Below, in pieces: positions 15,542-20,000 of a stretch of DNA of 20,000 nt. Numbering within the stretch: the first letter of the stretch is position 1; each line of letters starts with the position of its first letter. The translations under genes and the position numbers were made by a program. Below the pieces are notes generated by a model that worked only from the letters and a program-made list of their open reading frames with translations, was not told the origin of the DNA and did no database searches. The stretch is from an uncultured virus (IMG/VR IMGVR_UViG_3300042145_000066) (taxonomy: Duplodnaviria; Heunggongvirae; Uroviricota; Caudoviricetes), in the IMG/VR virus record IMGVR_UViG_3300042145_000066; one strand, given 5' to 3'.

Positions 15542-15701
15542 GTTGTCGTCCTCTCGCGTCACTCTCTCACCGGCTGTCTCTAGTAGCAGAAGTGTGCGTC
15601 GGAAAACTAGCAGGTCAGTCCGTACAACCATCCTGGACCTGAGACGAAGTGTCTACGAGTTGATGCTATCCGGACTGGAGCTTGGCCGATACCGGTCATT
15701 C

Positions 15702-15747
15702 GGTCGTCATTGACTCGTTGACGAATCGTCGCCACCACGGGTAAGTT
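15702..15747 (+). promoter_or_regulatory. Early rightward promoter with overlapping operator
   Basis: TTGACG(15718)-N18-TAAGTT(15742); operator GGTCGTCATTGACTCGTTGACG (15702-15723) includes the -35. Confidence 0.75.
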
Positions 15748-15785
15748 GAGGTCATCGAAAGGCACCTCTGCACTCGGGGGATCCA

Positions 15786-16031
15786 TTGAGCGTGCGCTAC
15801 GTCCTCAGGGACCTGGAAACCTTCCTGAAAATCATGGAACACCCAGGTCGCGGCCAGTCCTACAGCATACGAGACCTCGCCCTCACCGCCCAGGTGAGTA
15901 AGTCCAAGATCGAGCGACTCGTGCGCGGCGACCTCGACTGGCTCGACGTCAACGAAGCGCACCGCGTAGTGGAGGCTCTCGGCGTCACCATCCTGGTGCT
16001 TTTCATGCCCCCCACGTCAACAAGTCAATGA
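15786..16031 (+). CDS. Cro-like HTH protein
   Basis: SIRDLALTAQVSKSKIERLVRG HTH; first gene of the rightward operon; TTG start (GTG 15792 is an alternative). Confidence 0.82.
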   Translation: MSVRYVLRDLETFLKIMEHPGRGQSYSIRDLALTAQVSKSKIERLVRGDLDWLDVNEAHRVVEALGVTILVLFMPPTSTSQ

Positions 16032-16036
16032 CGACC
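16015..16036 (-). repeat. Inverted copy (21/22 nt) of the early-promoter operator
   Basis: CGTCAACAAGTCAATGACGACC versus reverse complement of 15702-15723, CGTCAACGAGTCAATGACGACC. Confidence 0.85.
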
Positions 16037-16071
16037 CGTCCCCCACGACAACCCCCACGAAGGGAAAACAC

Positions 16072-16341
16072 GTGCCCCGCTACCCCAAGGAAGGCCCCCC
16101 GCCCAAGGGCTACGTCCTGAGCGACGAAGCCGCCCGCCGGCTCAGCATCACCCGCCGGACCCTCTGGAACTGGAAGCAGCTCAACAAGGGCCCCAAGGGC
16201 AAGCCCTGGCGCGGTCTGCGCATCTACGCGCTCGCCGACATCGAGGCCCACCTCAACGCCGAACTCGCAGCCCTCGAAGCCGACGAAACCGAGCAGGCCC
16301 ACAACTCCCGGCCGCCTGAGCCGGCCCGCGCCGCCGCCTGA
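16072..16341 (+). CDS. Excisionase / MerR-like HTH protein
   Basis: EAARRLSITRRTLWNWKQLNKGP...RIYALADIEAHL winged-helix pattern; position after cro. Confidence 0.75.
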   Translation: MPRYPKEGPPPKGYVLSDEAARRLSITRRTLWNWKQLNKGPKGKPWRGLRIYALADIEAHLNAELAALEADETEQAHNSRPPEPARAAA

Positions 16342-16450
16342 CGGCAAAGCCCCCACCGCCGGGCCTTCACACACCGGCAGCAGGGGCGCCGCGGCCAAGG
16401 CCGCGCGATCCACCCACACCATCCGTTGAACAGAGAGGTGGACCACCACC

Positions 16451-16741
16451 ATGTTCTCACGCAACACGTTCCCCAAGGTCGTCCGGCAGACGCCCGTCAA
16501 GCGCGGCGACGAGATGGCGCTGACCGTGTCCACGGTGCAGATCGCCCCTCGCTACTACGACACGGTCGTGTTCGACGACAGCGCCGACAAGCGCCACGAC
16601 GGCTGGCTGATCGGCGGCTACGTCATCAACAAGTCCTCGAAGCGCACCGAGACGCGCGAGGCCGCGATGGACGACCACCGCGAGGCCCTGTACGAGGCCC
16701 GCACCGAGACGCCCAAGGCCCCGCAGGCGGTGACCCGATGA
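16451..16741 (+). CDS. Hypothetical early protein (96 aa)
   Basis: GAGGTG RBS; high GC3; ATGA overlap with next gene. Confidence 0.75.
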   Translation: MFSRNTFPKVVRQTPVKRGDEMALTVSTVQIAPRYYDTVVFDDSADKRHDGWLIGGYVINKSSKRTETREAAMDDHREALYEARTETPKAPQAVTR

Positions 16742-17022
16742 CTGCCTGGACGCCCGAGCCGCTCGACGACTTCGACCGCCTCACTACGCAGGTCCGCATG
16801 GTCTCCCCGCTGCAGACGCTGTTCGCGCAGGCGGAGGAGGAGCTGCTGGCCACCTGCCCGGAGGGGTTCACGCCGGAGGACATCGGTCGCCGCGCTTGGT
16901 CGCTGCTGCCGGAGGGTGAGCGGGACACCGCGTTCGCCGAGCTGCTCTACACGTACTGGGAGGCGTTCACCGCCGACCAGGAGGCGTGGTCCCGCATCGA
17001 GACCACCGGCGGTGCGGCATGA
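16738..17022 (+). CDS. Hypothetical acidic early protein (94 aa)
   Basis: Start reassigned to ATG 16738 (MTAWTPEPLDD); ATGA overlaps at both ends. Confidence 0.75.
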   Translation: MTAWTPEPLDDFDRLTTQVRMVSPLQTLFAQAEEELLATCPEGFTPEDIGRRAWSLLPEGERDTAFAELLYTYWEAFTADQEAWSRIETTGGAA

Positions 17023-17783
17023 GCGACTACGCGGAGAGCGCCGCCCGGTTCGCCCGGGATGCCGTCAGCCACCAGATGGTCGTCCTGCACGACGACGGCG
17101 TCTACCGGCACCTCGTCTTCCGCGAGCCGACTCACGGCTTCTACTGGTTCGAGCTGATCACCACGCCGAACCAGCTCGTCTTCTCCGGGGACGGCAACAG
17201 CTACGTCTTCCGCCGCACCACGGACATGTTCCAGTTCTTCCGCTCCGGGATCTACCGGGACGGCTCCCTCCACATCAACCCCGGCTACTGGTCGGAGAAG
17301 CTGACCAGCGGGCGCGAGGCCGCCACCTCCTACAGCGAGAAGCTGTTCGAGGAGGAGGTGGCCCAGACTCTCTCGGCTGTCGAGGGCGACTACCCCGGCA
17401 TCGCCGCAGCCTGGGCCGAGCACGTCGAGTCCGAGTTCAACTGCGAGTACGAGGAAGAGGCCCTCCGAGCCCTCTCGGAGTTCCGGTTCGGCGAGGGGCA
17501 CCTGGCCAAGTGCTTCCAGTGCGACTGGGCGTTCGAGGGCGACTCTTACTCGGTCGCCGCTACCAAGGCTCGTGGCCACCGCCGGGAGGCAGGCGGCAAG
17601 CACACGGCCTCGATCCGCGATCTCACCTTCACCTTCTCCGACATGGGTGAGATGCAGCTCCAGGACTTCGACTGGTGGTTCCTGTGGGCCTGCCAGGCGA
17701 TCGTCTGGGGCATCGCCCGCTACGACCGGGTCCGCAAGTACGGGCTGCAGGCGCTCGCCGCCCGGAAGCAGGTGGCCGCGTGA
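17019..17783 (+). CDS. Phage protein of unknown function with C2H2-like insert (254 aa)
   Basis: Start ATG 17019; 'HQMVVLHDDGVYRHLVF...YWFELIT...DMFQFF...INPGYWSEK'; CFQC...H...H segment. Confidence 0.8.
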   Translation: MSDYAESAARFARDAVSHQMVVLHDDGVYRHLVFREPTHGFYWFELITTPNQLVFSGDGNSYVFRRTTDMFQFFRSGIYRDGSLHINPGYWSEKLTSGREAATSYSEKLFEEEVAQTLSAVEGDYPGIAAAWAEHVESEFNCEYEEEALRALSEFRFGEGHLAKCFQCDWAFEGDSYSVAATKARGHRREAGGKHTASIRDLTFTFSDMGEMQLQDFDWWFLWACQAIVWGIARYDRVRKYGLQALAARKQVAA

Positions 17784-18559
17784 ACGCCGAGCGAATCGTC
17801 TCCCGTCTTCAGGCGGCATGGCAGGAACCGCAGGCTGGACTGCGTCACTACGCCAGCGTCCGCGACGACTATCAGCGCATCGAAGGCAGCAAGCAGGACC
17901 AGACGACCCCCGCCGGTGTCTCGAACCCGTACTGGGACGCGGTCCGCTGGATGCCTGCCGAGCCGGACTGGCACAGCGGTGCGCTGGAACCGACGTACCC
18001 GTACCTCGCCTTCTCGAAGGCCACGGGTGCGGAGTTGGAGGAGGCTGGCGCCACCCGCCAGCACCTCGCCACCCGCTACGCCTGGTCGATCATCTCGCCC
18101 GGCGACGTGGCATGGATCGTGGAGCAGTTGAACGGCCGCTCGGTCGTCGAGATCGGTGCCGGAGCCGGCTATTGGGCTTGGCAGCTGGAGCAGGCCGGGA
18201 TCGATGTCGCCGCCTACGACCCGCACCCGGCAGGCGAGGACAACCCGTACTGCAAGTCCGGCCCGTACACGACGGTCCTCGCCGACGACGCGTCCGCAGT
18301 GAAGCACCACCAGGACCGTGCACTGCTGATGGTGTGGCCGCCCTACGGCGGCGAGCACGCCCGGCATGCCCTGTCTGTGTACGAGGGCGACCTGCTGATC
18401 TATGCGGGCGAGGGGTACGGCGGGTGCACGGCTGATGACGGGTTCTTCGAGCTCCTTGATGCGGAGTGGGACGAGGTCTCGGTCGCACCCCAGCACGTGA
18501 CGTGGTGGGGCATCCACTGCCGACTGTCCGCCTACACCCGTAAGGCGGTGGCCGTGTGA
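17780..18559 (+). CDS. Class I SAM-dependent methyltransferase (259 aa)
   Basis: GTG 17780 overlap; motif I VVEIGAGAGYW, acidic end of beta2 (AAYD), LLMVWPPY. Confidence 0.85.
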   Translation: MNAERIVSRLQAAWQEPQAGLRHYASVRDDYQRIEGSKQDQTTPAGVSNPYWDAVRWMPAEPDWHSGALEPTYPYLAFSKATGAELEEAGATRQHLATRYAWSIISPGDVAWIVEQLNGRSVVEIGAGAGYWAWQLEQAGIDVAAYDPHPAGEDNPYCKSGPYTTVLADDASAVKHHQDRALLMVWPPYGGEHARHALSVYEGDLLIYAGEGYGGCTADDGFFELLDAEWDEVSVAPQHVTWWGIHCRLSAYTRKAVAV

Positions 18560-19242
18560 ACGCCGAGACTTTCAACGCCCTGTACGAGGTCGGTATCCCG
18601 GTGTTCGCCTACCCGGGCGCCCGCCCGGAGGACTTCCCGAACGATCGCCGTCTCGTGACCCGCACCCGCAGCAAGGCCACGGTGCTCGGCGGCCACACCG
18701 ACGTCGTCTGGGTCGACGACCACAGCGCCTGCATCGCCCTCAGCCACGTCGACGTGGTCACGGAGGACGAGTGGAAGGCGGCGCAGACGGCCGAGGCCGT
18801 CGCCGACCGTGGCGCACTGCCGATGCCTGCTGGCCCGGCCCGCCTGTCGGATGACCTGCTCGCCGACTACGCCGCCGTCAGCTTCGCCGAGTTGATGGAG
18901 CCGGAGGCGGCGGCGGTCGTGACCAGCGTGTGCGACCCGCTCGTCGCCGGAATCAAGCGGCTCCGGGAGGAGCTGGACAGCGCCCGCGAGCACATCGCCT
19001 TCCAGGAGCGGAGCACGCTGCCCGACCTGCACCGCAACATCGAGCACCACAAGGCGGGCAAGCAGCGCTGGCGCGAGCGGGCCGAGAACGCCGAAGCCGA
19101 ACGCGACGCCCTGCAGACGCGCCTGCACAACGCGGCGATGGTCAAGGTCTGGACGAACGAGGACGGCAAGGAGTTCGTGTTCGTCACGGACATCGCGCCC
19201 GCGCTGCTCGGTCTTGAGCCGGAGGGTGGTGGCCAGCGATGA
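18556..19242 (+). CDS. Hypothetical early protein, N-terminal beta domain plus coiled coil
   Basis: 228 aa; GTGA overlap; heptad-rich C-terminal half. Confidence 0.78.
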   Translation: MNAETFNALYEVGIPVFAYPGARPEDFPNDRRLVTRTRSKATVLGGHTDVVWVDDHSACIALSHVDVVTEDEWKAAQTAEAVADRGALPMPAGPARLSDDLLADYAAVSFAELMEPEAAAVVTSVCDPLVAGIKRLREELDSAREHIAFQERSTLPDLHRNIEHHKAGKQRWRERAENAEAERDALQTRLHNAAMVKVWTNEDGKEFVFVTDIAPALLGLEPEGGGQR

Positions 19243-19424
19243 CTGTTGCCGAGTCCGTCCGCCGCCTGCGAGCCCTGCTGGCCGACCCGAGCGCCGCAGC
19301 CCACGGCAGGCCTGCCACGCCGGGTGACTCCGCCGAGTACCGCCACTGGCTGTACGACGCCGACGCGGACGCAACGACGCCCGCCTTCCCCTACCCCAAC
19401 CACGCGTTCCAGGAGGCAAAGTGA
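19239..19424 (+). CDS. Hypothetical protein (61 aa)
   Basis: 4-nt overlaps with neighbours on both sides. Confidence 0.65.
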   Translation: MTVAESVRRLRALLADPSAAAHGRPATPGDSAEYRHWLYDADADATTPAFPYPNHAFQEAK

Positions 19425-19672
19425 ACCGCGCCGAGATCTACGGCGGCATCACCGTCAACCTCAACGACGGCCCGATCCGCACCCAGTACGACCGCGCCAT
19501 CGACGGTAAGCCGATGGCCCGCCTCGTCATCGGCGAAGCCTGGGAAAGCGTCGGCATCGCGGTCAGCCAGTCCACGCCCGACACGCTGGCCGAGCTTGAG
19601 GCTGCGGTCGCTGAACTCAAGGCGTGGGTGCAGCGACAGGAGATGCTGCGCAGCCTCCCCGAGGTGGCGTGA
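19421..19672 (+). CDS. Hypothetical protein (83 aa)
   Basis: AGGAGG RBS, GTG start overlapping upstream stop. Confidence 0.72.
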   Translation: MNRAEIYGGITVNLNDGPIRTQYDRAIDGKPMARLVIGEAWESVGIAVSQSTPDTLAELEAAVAELKAWVQRQEMLRSLPEVA

Positions 19673-19673
19673 G

Positions 19674-19916
19674 ATGACGACGAACCTTGACGGCGCGGCA
19701 ATAGACCTCGACCGGGTGCAGACCACGCTGGACGGCGGCCAGTGGCTGTGGACGTGCGAGATCACCGAGTCCGGCGACCCGCTCATGCAGCGCCTGGGCC
19801 AGCCGCTCCCCGACCCGATCCCCCTGTTCCAGCTGTACGGGCAGTACGGGCCGCTCACCGCCCGCACCGAACCCACCACCGCCGCCATGTACCGGCAAGT
19901 CCTGGAGACCGCGTGA
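19674..19916 (+). CDS. Small Streptomyces phage protein (resembles phiSA1p31-related proteins), 80 aa
   Basis: ATG 19674 after GAGGTG; 'IDLDR...GGQWLW...GDPLM...LYGQYGPL' pattern recalled for this family. Confidence 0.65.
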   Translation: MTTNLDGAAIDLDRVQTTLDGGQWLWTCEITESGDPLMQRLGQPLPDPIPLFQLYGQYGPLTARTEPTTAAMYRQVLETA

Positions 19917-20000
19917 TGAACGACGTCCTCGCCTTCGTCGCTTTCGCGGTGGGCGCCGCCTACCTCCTGTGGGCTGCCGCAGCCATCTCCCGCCGCATCA
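19916..20000 (+). CDS. Small membrane protein, 3'-partial
   Basis: TGATG coupling; MNDVLAFVAFAVGAAYLLWAAAAISRRI... Confidence 0.6.
   Translation, partial: MNDVLAFVAFAVGAAYLLWAAAAISRRI

Larger units (their letters stand above)
1..20000. mobile_element. Temperate actinophage (probably Streptomyces siphovirus) genome segment, in non-integrated (attP) configuration
   Basis: Gene order tail - lysis - accessory - att - integrase - repressor/cro/xis - early genes; very high GC; phage genes on both sides of the att site. Confidence 0.93.

Noticed and set aside
16349..16406. Hairpins after xis as an ncRNA
   Set aside because: Short imperfect GC stems; at most an attenuator or terminator, with insufficient support
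9075..18559. GIY-YIG nuclease plus methyltransferase as a restriction-modification pair
   Set aside because: They are 7 kb apart in different transcription units, would be at opposite prophage ends after integration, and the methyltransferase lacks a canonical DNA-MTase motif IV

Overview
The whole window is part of a high-GC temperate siphovirus, most likely infecting Streptomyces. From left to right it holds the end of the tail operon, a lysis cassette (amidase endolysin, holin, two membrane proteins), a ~6.5 kb accessory region, an apparently intact attP, a tyrosine integrase, the immunity switch (repressor, Cro-like protein, excisionase) and the start of the early lytic operon. Most notable observations: (1) attP carries a copy of the 3' end of a host rhamnogalacturonan lyase (PL11, YesW/YesX-like) gene, flanked by three 18-bp arm-type repeats, so the phage probably integrates inside that gene and rebuilds it. 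(2) A res site and serine resolvase are translationally coupled to a 476-aa GIY-YIG-like nuclease with a large unknown C-terminal region, a candidate defence cassette. (3) A LexA (SOS) box precedes a frameshifted zinc-ligand gene transcribed divergently from an XRE gene; this may be the induction module for a repressor that has no self-cleavage domain. (4) A 22-bp inverted repeat brackets the cro-like gene. (5) An orphan Ku gene appears fused to the remnant of a deleted gene. (6) A leftward operon led by a zinc-finger gene has a palindromic operator, and the early operon includes a WPPY-motif methyltransferase. All family assignments come from motif recognition by eye; no database searches were run.
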